Below the pieces are notes generated by a model that saw only the letters and a program-made list of their open reading frames with translations, searched no databases and was not told where the DNA came from. Made by a program: the position numbers and the translations under genes. Shown here piece after piece: positions 37,317 through 50,484 of a DNA stretch of 64,000 nucleotides; within the stretch, counting starts at the first letter, position 1; each line of letters opens with the position of its first letter. The stretch spans positions 107,324,001 to 107,388,000 of the forward strand of contig NC_058368.1 in the NCBI RefSeq assembly GCF_018350175.1, given 5' to 3'. This stretch comes from Felis catus (lineage: Eukaryota).

Positions 37317-38416
37317 AAACTTGGTTTAAATGGTTCCTTTCTTCATCTTGCAAAGTTCTCTTTCTCTTCCTTCAATGTCATTGTAAATGCTATTCATCTT
37401 TTATTTTCTTCTGATTAAATGATATACTGATTTCCTAAAAATACTTTATGGCCCTTCCTTGTGAATTCAGTTCTTTCATCAGCAGCAATGAATTAATGCA
37501 TTTTAAAATAGTTCATTTTGCTTCACCAAGTTCAATCAATCTGTCTCTTTAGTTAATAATTCGGGCCAATGACTCAGTTTTTACCATTGTACTTACTTTT
37601 TAAAAATACTCAATAATTTTTTCTTTCTAGTGATTCTTACATACATCAGTGAAATCTTTTGTTGGTTATCTGAGTCACTTCAGAGTAATCAAAATGATTA
37701 TTCACCAAAATCTTTTTGACTTCTTTTATATATTATACTATTTGCATATAGTTATGATAGGATTCTGTGATGAAGATTAAAATTTGATAAAAAAAGATTA
37801 GAAATCCTATGTACTAGATACTTTCTCCTGAGATATGCCAGTGTTCCTCTATATTTAATGTACTTACCTTTCTTAGGGCTTTTTCCTCTCCATTTCCAAA
37901 TAAGTCTTAAGCAAACAATCAAACAAAAATACCATACTCATTTTATCCCACACTTTATCCCCTCACCCACCCCTGCACTGTCAACCATTAACAAAGGCAA
38001 TCTCCTCAACATACGTTACAAAATGCCTAGCATAAACAACCCCCACCTGCCACCAAAGAAGCACGTTATATTGAAACTAATTTTACCATGGTAGCAAAGA
38101 CCTCCTAATTGATAAATCTAGTGGCTTAAGATAAATTCTTCTCGGGGAAGTCATAATAAGGTATATAGATCACCACTCTTTTTTTCTTTTCTAAATATAT
38201 CACATGTTGTTTGGCCTCCACATGGCCAAGTTTGACAGAATAGCCCATCTTAGTAGTTATTTTAGGAAGTCATCCCCCTCTGTTTTGACAGGACAGAATC
38301 CTAGAGCTTAAACAATTCAAGAAAGTTAGAAAAGAGTCAGCTCTTCTGCTGTAATCGACAGTTGTCACCAGCTATGCTGTGTCTCATGTTAAATATCTAA
38401 TATTTCACAGATAATT

Positions 38417-38635
38417 CTTTTTTTTTTTTTAAAGTTTATTTATTTACTTTGAGAGAGAGAGTGAACAAGAGAGCAGGGGTGAGGCAGAGAAAGAGGGAGA
38501 CAGAGAATCCCAAGCAGGCTCCACACTGTCAGTGCAGAGCCTGATGTGGAGCTCGAATTCATGCACTGTGAGATCATGACCTGAGCTGAAATCGAGAGTC
38601 AGATGGTTAACCAGCTGAACCACCCAAGGGCCCCC
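38417..38635 (-). mobile_element. Can-SINE
   Basis: TSD cacagataattcttt. Confidence 0.92.
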
Positions 38636-39561
38636 ACAGATAATTCTTTAACGTCAACACTCTTATCAGTTGATTAGAGTCTGTCTCAGAACTGTTACTG
38701 AACTTTTTAGCCCCACTTTTGTTTTCTTAATTTAGGCCCTTATCATTTCTTAATACATCAGAGTCCTTCCTATAGTATGTTTGTACCTATTCTCTCTGAG
38801 CTTTATTCTCTCTTCATATAGAGTAATGCTTAAAAAATAAAAATTTAGATCTTTCCTTATCCTCCCAAATTCTATTATTACTAAAGTAAATTGGACTATT
38901 TCCTCACTTTTTTTTTACCTCATATTTCAGGCTTCAAATGCTCCCTTATGACTTTTCTTTGATTTCATATGTATAAATATGGGTCACCAATATGGTGCAC
39001 TCGTGTTTCTAATCAAATATCTGATTCTAGGTCCAGATGCCAGGACATGTTAGAAGGAACTTCTTAAACTTCTATAGTGTAGGAGTTTGTGAGGCACTAA
39101 TGGGAATGCTTATAGATTTTAATTTACACTGATTCCAGAGCCTTTTGCTGGAGCAGGCCCCATTTAAAGTGGGCTGACTCGTAAGTAGCAGCATCAGTGG
39201 GATTAAGTAAAATTTGTGAATGAGAAATATGTTGTCTCCAGAGCCCAAAAGGACTAAAAGATGGTGCTCCTGTATATCCTTAATGAGTATGTGAACCATA
39301 TCCCTTGGAGGAGGCATCATCAATGTAATATCATACCTGTGCTCATAGAGAAAGATGTATGCACTTAAGATCTTGTCTGTCAAGACTGTGTGTGATGACA
39401 TGGCTGCTGAGGCACCATGGTAGCCTAATGCTGACACATTGTGCCCCTTCACAGAGGAAGGTGAACTGTGACTAAGAAGTTGTGAAAAAGTACTGACCAG
39501 AACTTATCAGCCAAATCTGTTATAACATATTTACCGGTTATTGATGAGACAGGGTTAGTAA

Positions 39562-39780
39562 TTTTTTTTAATTTTTTTTAATGTTTATTTATTTTTGAGA
39601 CAGAGAGAGACAGAGTGCTAGTGGGAGAAGGCAGAGAGAGAGGGAGACACAGAATCTGAAACAGGCTCCAGGCTCTGAACTGTCAGCACAGAGCCTGATG
39701 TGGGGCTCGAACCCACAAACGGCGAGATCATGCTCTGAGCCGAAGTCAGATGCTTAACCAACTAAGCCATGAAGCCACCC
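39562..39780 (-). mobile_element. Can-SINE
   Basis: TSD gacagggttagtaatttt. Confidence 0.93.
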
Positions 39781-40369
39781 TGACAGGGTTAGTAATTTTA
39801 ATAATACTAGGTATTGGGTTTGAGGCCTTAATGGATGGTACCACAGCATTAAGTTTTCAGTAATCCCCTGTGAGGCACCACTTAACTTTTTTCAAATTTA
39901 GGAACAGGAAAAATTGGGTTGTCCAATGCAAAAGAAGTGAGGTTAATGACCTGGTCATTAATTAGGTCCCATATAAAAGGTCCTGATCCCAGGAAAGGAA
40001 GGCTCAAGAGACCCATCCTCCTACTGCCTTAAGAAGGCTTTACCTGGCCTAGTTTTAAAGTCCCTGGGGTTTAGCCAGTTAGCCCTGCTTGTACTGAGTA
40101 TTCCCACAGAGAGAGGTGGTGACTTACATCTTTCCTTATCCTCCCCAATTCTATTATTACCAAAGTAAATTGGACTATTCCCTCCTTTTTTTTTTTTTTT
40201 TACCTCATATTTCAGGCTTCAAATGCCCTCTTATGACAGGCAGACAGAGATGTAAGCAGCAAGGTTAAAGTGAAGCTCCAGTTCCTGCTCAGGCTGCTCT
40301 TGGGTTGCTTTGGAATGAAATTGTAAACCAAGAACAGACCTCCAGGAAGCTATTTAAGAGTCAGTGGTT

Positions 40370-40625
40370 GGGGTGCCTGGGTGGCTTGGTCGGTTGAGCG
40401 CCCGACTTCAGCTCAGGTCATGATCTCATGGTCCGTGAGTTCGAGCCCCGCGTCAGGCTCTGTGTTGACAGCTCAGAGCCTGGAGCCTATTTCAGATTCT
40501 GTGTCTCCTTCTCTATCTGCCCCTCCCCTGTTCATGCTCTGTCTCTCTCTGTCTCAAAAATAAATAAACATTAAAAAAAAATAATAAATAAATAAATAAA
40601 TAAGTAAGTAAGTAAGTAAATAAAA
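40370..40625 (+). mobile_element. Can-SINE with (TAAA)n(TAAG)n tail
   Basis: TSD aagagtcagtggtt. Confidence 0.94.
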
Positions 40626-40669
40626 AAGAGTCAGTGGTTATGGCCATGCCATCCTGCTCACTGTGTCAC

Positions 40670-41095
40670 TTGTAAGATTCTTCTGATGGTGAGACTCAAC
40701 ACCCTGACACTTGAATAGATGGAAGCCAACAGAAAGGCTGCCGGGCTCGGCCCACAGCAGGTCACATGTGGGTAAACTGCAGCAGCAGAGGGACACTGGC
40801 CTATCACAAATGAAGTGAGTTTAGCTAGGCTTTGTGGCCTTCCTGGGGATTAGCTAATCTGAATAATTTCAGTGGCTGCAGAGTATTGGGGCTGTGTCTG
40901 GTACTTGGCCCTGGGGCAATGAGCGTGGGCATTTAGTGGCCCAGAGTGTGAATGCCAGTAAGGGAAGTGATTGGTATAGATTTTAATAAGCTGCTCAGGA
41001 AGGGCAAGTGATTGGCCTCTAGCCAGGGCCTCAAAACTCGATGGAGACAGCCCTGGGGAAACAAGAGAAAACCAAACCAACACAGTATTTATTAT
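40670..41095. mobile_element. ERVL-class LTR (MER54/MER74-like)
   Basis: 'gattagctaatctgaataattt...gtctggtacttggccctgggg'. Confidence 0.5.
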
Positions 41096-41584
41096 ACGTG
41101 TAAAAGAGGAAGGTTGCTGGACCCCTCTTCAGATCTCTTGATTTGACTTTCTTGGGCAGGACTTTGGGAATCTGTGAAGCTAATTTCTAGTATGGTTTCT
41201 AATTGCTCATGTTGGGCTCTGGAATTTGGCTATTTCATTTACAGGCTTCATCTGCCAGCTCTAACCCCTGTACTCATTACTGTACCTGTTTAGATCCCAA
41301 CTTTCTCACTGTAAAATTGAATACAACAGTGGCACCTACTTCCTGGTTGAATTGAGCAGTAAATGTAATAATAGATGTAAAATACTTAAGAGATTTTGCC
41401 CCATATCATAAGTGTTTATATTAACCTTAAAGATGTATGAACTTTAAAAATTCTTTGAAAAAAGAGGAGACTCATGAACATTCAGTGTTTCTCAACAATT
41501 CATTTATAAGGATTATAATAGTTGCTTCTGATTTAAAGAAATACTAAACACGGGATCAAGTCACGTAGATTTCTCAATATATAT

Positions 41585-41785
41585 ATTTTTTATTTTAGAG
41601 AGGGAGAGAGTGTGAGCAGGGAGGAGGGGCGCAGGGAGAGAGAGAGAGAGCGAGCGAGACTATCTTAACCAGGCTACATGCTCGGCACAGAGCCTGATGT
41701 AGGGCTTGATCCCTTGACCTGGGTTCATGACCTGAGTTGAAATCAAGAGTTGGATGCTCAACGGACTGAACCACCCAGGCGTCCC
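41585..41785 (-). mobile_element. Can-SINE
   Basis: Reverse SINE text. Confidence 0.9.
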
Positions 41786-42541
41786 TATTTCTCACTAATT
41801 TTTAATATTAGGAGTCACTGATCACAGTAGTCATGAGAAAAATCTTCTTTTTCCATTCTGGTTCATTTGATTTGAAATAAATCATCTTAGAATTTTGGAG
41901 CAATCCTACCTTCCAGAAGCCTTTAAAACTGTGCTTAAAGTACATGTTTTGCAGAAAAACAAAAGGGGGCTATTTTAAAAGCCTTTAATCTTCTTTCCAT
42001 CAGGAGAGAATTGATTACTACTTGCTTACAACTTTAGAAGCTGGAAAGACCCTATTGGCATTTCCCAGATCAATTTTCTCCCTTCACCTTTTAGCCACAA
42101 CGAAAGCAAAATTGTCCAGTAATGTGATGTTAGTTGTCTGCAAGAATATCTGAAATGGCCCTTTTTCCATTTATAAGAAAATTATATTCCTTTCTCATAG
42201 ATAAAACCCCTTTGACGGTTGAAGAGGAACTGCTATTTTTCAAAATCAGTCTTAAAATGATAAAATACATAGTTCTTATTCTGTTAGCAATGGGTTTGCT
42301 AGACTTCCACCTGTCTTATTAACTTTATATTAAATTTTTAGTTTATTAGAATATAATTGTTAAAATAATTACAGTTTTTAATGTCCTAATTTTACAAGCA
42401 CTCTCACCGAATAAAATAAATAGAAAACTACATTTCTTCCCAATAGGTTAAATTAAAGATTTTTAAATAAGAATATCTTTACATTAAAGATTTTTAAATA
42501 ATAAGGTATTTTATAGAGAAGTGTCCATCCAGTCAACTTAC

Positions 42542-42674
42542 TCATTGAAATCACAAAAATGGGTAATACTTGACATGTTAAATATTTACTAAATTCAAAT
42601 AGTTGATCAATGTCAGAAGAAACTCTTCTAACAACTTTTAGTGAAACAACATTTATTTCCTGGTTGGTCACAGT
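42542..42674 (-). pseudogene. Candidate relic exon (133 nt)
   Basis: tttaatttacgtag|ACT...TGA|gtaagt; open frame TVTNQEINVVSLKVVRRVSSDIDQLFEFSKYLTCQVLPIFVISM. Confidence 0.5.
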
Positions 42675-42959
42675 CTACGTAAATTAAACTTTCGCAGACT
42701 ACAGACAAGTACCTTTTACATATCTTAATGAGTAAAGATCCCTGTACTTTATTCCACCAAACTGCTATCACAGATCATTTTACTATTGTTTTTAGTTTTA
42801 ACTGATAAATCCTTAATGTATTCAGCACAGTGCCTGGAGCATGGCTGATATTCAAAGAACATGCTTGCTATACATTTTAAATTTTTTTATTTCAGGTGTT
42901 GATCATCATTTATCACTGTCTAATCCTTATAGGTGTATACTTCATGTATGCCAATAATC

Positions 42960-43210
42960 ATAGTAATCAGAATGCCAAAAATATAAGTAGCATTTATTTT
43001 GTGCTTACTGTGTACCAAGCCAACAGCCTAGTTGCTTGCACAGCTGTTATTTCATTTGTTCCCCAGAGCACTCCTAGCATAAAAGTAATATCATCATTTT
43101 TTTTTTTTACCAGACACAAGTGTGAGCAATTAAATATCTTGTCCAGAGCCACAAAACTTTTAAGTGGAACAAAAATTTAAATCTCAACTCTTTTAATGCT
43201 GAAGTCCCTT
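42960..43210. mobile_element. MIR SINE
   Basis: 'tagcatttattttgtgcttactgtgtaccaagc...cttgtccagagccaca'. Confidence 0.65.
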
Positions 43211-43354
43211 CCCTCAACCCTCAGCCAAATGGCTTTTCTCCATAGGGAAAGCACCCTCTTCTCCAGGAACCCACCTATAATAGTTGACATTTGCTCTTGA
43301 TAATGAAAGCCTCTTTCTCCTTTTTGGTGTATGGTTTGCGTGGGCATAGCTTAC

Positions 43355-43565
43355 TGGTACTGTCTGGTAGAAATAGAAAGCATGTTATGTGCCTCATTTA
43401 AAATGTTTTAGTAGCCACATTAAAAAAATGGGCAAAATAAATTTAATAATATATTTAGTTTAATCTGATAGATGCAAAATACTATTATTTCAGCATGTGT
43501 CACTAGCCACATTTCATGCATCCTATTGCCGCTTTGGCTAGTGACTACCACCTTGGAAGGACCAG
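43355..43565. mobile_element. MER3/MER33-like hAT MITE
   Basis: 'ttttagtagccacattaaaaa...gccacatttca...tggctagtgactacc'. Confidence 0.75.
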
Positions 43566-43828
43566 TCTAAAGTTCTTCATATTCGACTATTCAAGGGATT
43601 GTTGGTATAAGATAAATTACCTTATTACAGATTAGTGTCACACACATATCACAACACTTAAATCACAAGTATGTTTAATAATATTCTATTTAATTTTCAT
43701 GAAGAAACTTTCAATGAGTAGTATAAAATCTGTTACTGAAGATAGGAAATCATCTATCCAAATAAATGCTGATTACGGAGGCTAAAAACCAGGGTGGCAT
43801 CTTGGAGGACAGGACTATGAAACCTTAC

Positions 43829-43966
43829 CATGTACTTAAGCATCTTCAAGTTGGTTGCATTGGAGCCCACAGCATAAGGCAATATTATCATTGGGGGTTA
43901 TACCCAAGGCTTTTCAACATTTGTTTCATTAGCTTCAGAAATGACTTTATGTACAATCAGCATAGT
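43829..43966 (-). pseudogene. Candidate relic exon (138 nt)
   Basis: cccctaatacag|ACT...ATG|gtaagg; phase 0-0 with one stop, in phase with the exon at 42674. Confidence 0.5.
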
Positions 43967-44079
43967 CTGTATTAGGGGTAATATATTATGAGGGAGTTTG
44001 TTTTCAGAGAAGGCTTTATGTGGATAGTAACAGCTTGATAATTTTTATGCCAGTAATATTGCAAAAACATCTTGCATAC

Positions 44080-44184
44080 TTTTAAAAGTAAAGAAACTTC
44101 AGATGGTTTCACCCTCTAGTTTATCGTTTTATTATGGAGCACTTATTAATAACCCCATCCAAATGCCAGTGCCAACATACTTCT
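44080..44184 (-). pseudogene. Candidate relic exon (105 nt)
   Basis: aagctttag|AGA...AAA|gtatgc; 113-nt intron to the next candidate; weak acceptor. Confidence 0.3.
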
Positions 44185-44829
44185 CTAAAGCTTTTAATGA
44201 AACGATGCATGAAATTTTATATTTTTAAATTATCAAAGACTGCTTTAATGTCACAAAGTATCCTAAATGCAATTAATTATTATGATATATTATGGTTGTA
44301 ACTACTTTTAACTGAATTACATTGAATATAATTACTACATCATGTTTATTTTCTATGCCAACTTGCATGTTTTCCATAACCCTCACCTCCTTCCTTAATC
44401 TGTAAAAGTCAGTAACCAATTATTTGTCCCTGTATGGCTTAAGTAAAAGAAAAACATGTAAGTGTAAGTGGCACTAATGAATTTTCAAAATATTAAAGTG
44501 AAGATATATTTCCCCGCTTTAATGTATTATAAATTTGGGACATGAGAAATTATAAAAGGGAGTTTTTTAAAAGAAAAAACATAACTGATGACGATTATCT
44601 TTTACTTCATGGGGATTACTTTTGCCCTGGGGTTCCTCATTTCCTTGATTCTGTGGCCCCATGGGTTTATTTGTGAAATTAAATAAAACAACACATATAA
44701 AATGCTCACATGTTTCTGATAGCACAAGCCCGTCTCAAACAGATTTCTCATCCTCCTCTTTCTTTCTGCATAGTCATGATAATTATGATAAATTCTACCT
44801 ATTTGCCTATGATCAGGTTCAGTTGTATG

Positions 44830-45200
44830 CCATAGCTGTCTTGTGAGAGCCACTTGTAAATTTTCACGAATTTGTGAGACTGTTATTAAACATAGCTATT
44901 ATTAAAAATTTAACTTTATAAGCTTACAATTATATGAAATATAAATGTAATAGACACTAAAAAGATCTGTTTGTGGTCATTTTAGTATATTCTATAGTAT
45001 CTATGCTCTTGAGGTTAAATGCACAAAGTCCATTGCAGCTGTATGGTTAAAACACAGTATAATGGTGTGCTACTACTGCATGTTCCTTCCCAACTGTGCT
45101 TTCAGTAACCTTATACTGGTAGTTTGAAACTGACTGCAGTATAGCATTTATAGCACAGAAATTAGCAAGTGCAACAAATTAAGGCTTTCCCTCTACCCTG
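44830..45200. mobile_element. MER63-like hAT element
   Basis: 'cttgtgagagcc..aaattttcacgaatttgtgag..aaacatagctattattaaaaattt'. Confidence 0.6.
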
Positions 45201-45292
45201 AAGAATCATTTGTTAAAATTTTTACCTGGGACAGGAAATATACAAAATATTCCTGGGGCAACTTACAGTGCCAGAAACTAAGGAAGGTACTG

Positions 45293-45294
45293 GA

Positions 45295-45342
<48 letters not shown>

Positions 45343-45420
45343 GAAAGAAAGAAGTGAAGGAAGAAAGAAAAAGAAAGAGAAAGAGAGAAAAAGAGAAAGA
45401 AAATAAAAGAAGAATGAAAA
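45293..45420 (+). repeat. (GAAA)n microsatellite
   Basis: Seen directly. Confidence 0.93.
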
Positions 45421-45424
45421 AAAA

Positions 45425-46320
45425 ATCTGTAATGATGGAGGTATGCAAAAGTAATGCACATATCAACTGAAAGAGCTCCCTATGACCAAAGCTAGAACAG
45501 TTTGAATGACAAAGTAGTGGTGTATTATAACACAAAGTATGAAATACATATCCATGAGGCCATACTGATATAAATAACTAATTGAATAAATAAATCAGTG
45601 GGGGAGAATAAACAAACTTCACCTGAAGAAGAATTCCAAATAACTTACATAGATACTCTACCCTCAAGAAGGTGAAACAGAATTCTCCACTCCTTAACTC
45701 TTGGCTGCACATGGAGACTTCCTTCCAAGAAGTGTGGTATAAAAAGGAGAAGAAAAAGAGTTAACTTGCAAGTAGAGTAACCTTACAAATACGATCTTAG
45801 GTGGTCAAGGTCATCATCATCAGATAAATGATACTGACAGTATATGCCCTTGATAGACATGACAGAAATGGCTCTTTACTTCTGTGGTCTTCATCCCAAA
45901 TCCAATAACCTCGTTCTAATCATGAGGAAATTTAAGACAAATCACATTGAAAGACATTCCACAAAATATCCAAGCAGTACTCCTTATATCTGGCAAGGTC
46001 ATCAAAAATAAAGTCTGAGAAACTGTCACACCAAGAGGAGCCTAGGGAGACACAGTGAGTGACTAAACATAAAGTAATGTCCTGGATGGGATTCTAGAGC
46101 AGGAAAATAATCATTAGGTGAAAGCTAAGAAAATCCAGGCAAAGAATGAATTGTTGTTAATAATATATCAAAAATGATTCGTTAAGTGAACAAATTCACC
46201 ATACTAATGTGAGATATTAATAGAGGAAACTGAGTATATGTTGTATGGGAACTCTACCTTCCACAATTTTTCTGTAAATCTCAAATCATTCTATTTTTTT
46301 AAAGAAAAATGTATTAAAAC
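45425..46320 (+). mobile_element. L1MC-like 3' end
   Basis: 'tacttctgtggtcttc...aaagtctgagaaactgtcac...tcctggatgggattctag'. Confidence 0.75.
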
Positions 46321-46865
46321 GCAACTAATCTACCTAGGTTACTGATGCTGTTATTAACTAGATTCTGCCCTAGTTAGCATCTGGTGAAGTTCTACCCAGT
46401 GCCAACAGGTCAGTAACTCTGGGCAGACATCAAGCTATTTTATTGATATGCCAATGGACCCTGACATATCCCTCAAGTGTCTCATGCTGGAAGGACAAAA
46501 GGAACCTTGATGAAGTAGGCATTAATTAGTTTCTGTTAAACACATTCTAAATCTATATCACATAGTTTGAATTCTTATCACATCACTGTTAGCCTCAAAT
46601 ATATAAGCCCAGGATAGCAAATAAACAAATTTTAGCACACCTCTTTAAATATATGGGTTAAAATTCACTGTGTTTGTCCTACATTTTGCTCAATATGGCC
46701 AGAATAGAGTTCTAATTCAAGGATATAGACTCTAAACCTTCAGGGTTAGGCTGGTAAAGGAGTGCATTGACTGGAGGGAAAGACATAGGGCACAGGGGAA
46801 GCTTCATCAACCTAGAGAGTGCTGCTCAACCTCAAAGCATTCAAGTCAAATATTTATTTAAAAAA

Positions 46866-47051
46866 ATTTTTTTTAATTTATTTTTGAGAGTGAGAGAGAG
46901 AGCGTGGGCAGGGAAGGGAGAGGAGACACAGAATCTGAAGCAGGTTCCAGGCTCTGAGCTGAGCCCAATGCAGGATTCAGACCCACAAATGACAGCATCA
47001 TGACCTGAGCCAAAATCAGATATTTAACCGACTGAACCATGCAGGTGCCCC
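46866..47051 (-). mobile_element. Can-SINE
   Basis: TSD tcaagtcaa.tatttatt. Confidence 0.9.
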
Positions 47052-48430
47052 TCAAGTCAAGTATTTATTAAAATAATTTTGTAGGCCTTGGAAAATTTGT
47101 CTCTTTTTTGGGAGGAACGTCTCCTCCTCTAGGTTGTCAGTTAATTCCAAAGGAATTTTTTGACTATCTTCAGTGAAATTGTTGTTTTTTTGTTTTCATA
47201 GTGTTTATAGAAATGTAGGTCTTGAGAAATGTTGATATACACTAGTAAATTTCTTCAATTTGAAAATAAAGTTTGTTTATCATGTTGATAAGTAGTGTAC
47301 ATTTTGTGCAAACTGGCAAATAGGAAATAAGCCACTTTCTAGAGTCTTTGTCAAAGTCTGTTTCTAAAGTATATTGTTTGAAACATTCATTACTAAAGTT
47401 TAAGGTATTTTCAGCTTCATGTTACTGGAAAATCAATAGTTTTTCTGTTTATTCTTTTTAGTTCAGCGCTCTTTTGAGACTATACCTTTAAATAATGCAC
47501 TGATAAGTATTTGTTTGCCAGAAAGTATTAAAAATAATGAATTCCACTACTTCCTTAATGCTCAAGCACATGCCTTTTATTTTTCTCTGATGTGAGTCCT
47601 GTTGAAATTAGTCAAGGGCAATGGGTGAGCTAAATATAAACCATTATTAGGAAAGACAAGAATTAAGACTTCTAGCCATGGCTTAATACAAAAACATTCA
47701 TAGAAAAAGAAAATACATTGGGTAGATTCCTTTGGGCTAAAACAATATTTTTTATTTTAGAAGCTGCAGAGACTACACAGAAATAATCATGTAAATCTCA
47801 TGTAGAAATAAACTCTATTAATCTATTGGACAAGATTGTTTGTGTTTGGGGGCACTAATGCTAGAGTATAATTTTTTCCCCACCTATAGATAGTATCTTT
47901 TAAGTTTCTTAGCTATTTGAGATATGCTTGTAATGCACTAAAAAATCACCAGTGACCAACTTTATTACTACATCCAGTAGATACGACTTAGCTGCTATCT
48001 TACTTTACTCACAGCAGTATTTGATGATAGTGGGAATTTTTTTGTTTGCTTTTTGCTTTTTTCCTTCTTAAAATGTCTGAATCCAAAGCCCCCACTTGAA
48101 CTTGTCTCCTACCTCTCTGGCTTCTGTCAAATTAAATTTTATGGCTCTTTTCCTTCTTTTCCCTTTCTCAGTCCTCTTGTTCTTAAATATCTCTTCTGCT
48201 CTCCCCCTCCACATGGCCAGATGACTGCATCTGTTTTCTGAGGTTCTCCAACAAAAATATATTTACACATTGAAATTGATTTGAGTTTCCTGTGACCAAT
48301 GGATTTTAGTGTTAACATATTTATTCTGGATTGAACTAATGATACAAGTATTCATAGTAAATATTCCATCAAAACAGCATATATTGGTCATTTTAATAGT
48401 AAGTATCCAACTTAAAAATTAACAACTTAC

Positions 48431-48568
48431 TAGAACCCATTCCTTCAATATATAGATGGCATTGCTTTTCTTTAGATAGATATGAAATCTGAGAAGCTTC
48501 ATTCTCACAGATAACTGGATGGGATGGAAGAAATTTTATTAGTTCAAAGTCACTCATTATTAGAACTC
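48431..48568 (-). pseudogene. Candidate relic exon (138 nt, open)
   Basis: tgtcctgtaactcag|GAG...CTA|gtaagt; GVLIMSDFELIKFLPSHPVICENEASQISYLSKEKQCHLYIEGMGS. Confidence 0.55.
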
Positions 48569-48686
48569 CTGAGTTACAGGACAATAACCACATTGTTTTC
48601 TATCATAAAATACTACTTAAAGTATTTGACTGTTTGATTAGACTGCCTTCAGTTTTGTTGAATGCAAAAAATCAAAATCACCTGAC

Positions 48687-48833
48687 CTGAAAAATAGCTA
48701 TTATTTTTGTCATTACAGTCATTTGTTTTTCAGTTTCTTGGAAATTATCCAAAAACAATTTTACCAAGACTTATTCAATGATAATTTTATTTGTTGTGCT
48801 TTCATTGGAAGGCACGTTGTTGATGGTATGCCC
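48687..48833 (-). pseudogene. Candidate relic exon (147 nt)
   Basis: ttatttttccccag|GGG...CAG|gtcagg; GHTINNVPSNESTTNKIIIE*VLVKLFLDNFQETEK. Confidence 0.5.
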
Positions 48834-50484
48834 CTGGGGAAAAATAACTTGTACCTACTGGAAGACTTTTTATTCCTCTTCATGAACAAAGAGCTGTACA
48901 TTCAGGCCAAATTTTATATTTGCTTTAGATTATCTAGAAGGACCTTATGAAGGCATGCCACACAGGCCAGCAATATGAACACTTAAAGATTATTACCCTT
49001 AGTTATATTTTAAATACTATTTCATGGTTGATAATCATCACACTTATAAACCTGGTTTAACAGAATTAAAACACTATGTCAACATGCAAGATGGAGGAAT
49101 TAATCATAATGAAATAAAACTATTTTCTAAAGGACATTATGTCTTAAATTGGAATCTGGGAGCATTTTTGTCCTATGAGTATATGAACAAATATTATTAT
49201 TCCATTTTACAAAATGACATTTAGTCTAATTTGTTGAAGTTAGCAGCCAAAAAGAAGGCATTGACCCACTGGTACATAAGGGCTTCATAACCTTGTTAAT
49301 GACTTAATATATGTGTTATTTAAAGTAGAATGCAAAACATTCAGAGTAAGCTAATCTATATTTAATATGCATTTTGTTCAAATGACTAAAGAAGCAGAGA
49401 AGTGTTTGACAAGTAACAATGAGTAGGAAACTTTCATTTGAATGAAAAATGAGAATGGATTTATAGCTTCCAATAAATCTCATGGCAAACCTTAATGGAA
49501 CCATATCTTAAATGAGTCTGAATAAATGTAAATGTTCACGAATATTTCAAGCATTAACTAGCCTCTTTTATAAGTTTTCTTTTATTTGAAAATGTAACAT
49601 TCATCTGTCAGAAATAAAAGTAGGATTATTAAATTTCTTCATGCTTAATATTATGCAAAACATGTAAGACACTAATGTATGAGAGTTCTCCCCATGCACT
49701 TCTTTTAATGAGGATGTAGGAGAAAACTTTCTCAGACACTCTTCACTCCCTGCTTCATATAAGTCTTAGAAAAATCTCATTGTAAGATAGATGGGCAAGA
49801 CACAGAACCTTGCCATGAGTTTGTCACCAGTAGAAAATAATGTCCTGTTGGCTTCCATATTTTTTACTAATTCTTTCCCTTGAGAGTGATATGTTTTTAG
49901 AAAGCCCAATATGAGAAGCAGCAAGGTTTTTTTATATGATAATTGGCATTATTCCCTCTGTCCCAGTGGACAGTACATTGAAATGTAAAACATCCCAACA
50001 CAGGCCCTAATGTTCCGATTCTCCATCCTCCATAAGGTCTTAAAAAAAAAAAAGGTGATTTCTTAAGTACATCAGTTTTATGAAAACAAATTTAGAGAAT
50101 TGAGGATTTTAAAATAAATCCCTTAATATTTACCATGTGTTCATATGCTTTCAAAGTCTAAATATTCTGCCAGGTTTGTAGACCACTATTGAAGCTGAAA
50201 TACATTACTTGTGGTTTATGAACATGGCCATCTCTTTCCCATGGCTATATAAAAGTACAAGCTGTTCTCTCTCCTGTAAAACCAATCGTTTTACTCTTTT
50301 AGCTGACATTTCTTCTCTGTGTGGAAACAGTCTCTTAACCTGCATTAAGAGGGCTGGGAGTGTTAGTCAATTTCATTTTCCTTAGTATTCTCAATATTCT
50401 TTGGATAAATTTACACGCAGTTACTGCACTATACTATAATCATTTGTGTATGTCTCTAAATTAAGTTCTAGATCCAATTTCAAT

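Larger units (their letters stand above)
39060..40660 (-). mobile_element. ERVL-class internal remnant (RT region)
   Basis: Frameshifted WRQHISHSQILLNP..HFKWGLLQQKALESV (cf. ERVL WRQHIPHLGVLLRP..FEWGPEQEKALQQV). Confidence 0.65.

Noticed and set aside
39072..39452. 126-aa ORF
   Set aside because: Off-frame read of an ERVL RT remnant
28890..42935. Isolated plus-strand exon-like sites near 28890, 38292 and 42896
   Set aside because: No consistent acceptor/donor series or sustained frame; likely chance
36000..48600. Faint ordered resemblance of relic peptides (LGITPND, NVVSLK, EGDDFL, GG) to the GREB1-family glycosyltransferase-like domain
   Set aside because: Requires free choice of frames and rests on memory; not supportable without a profile search, so no gene name is assigned
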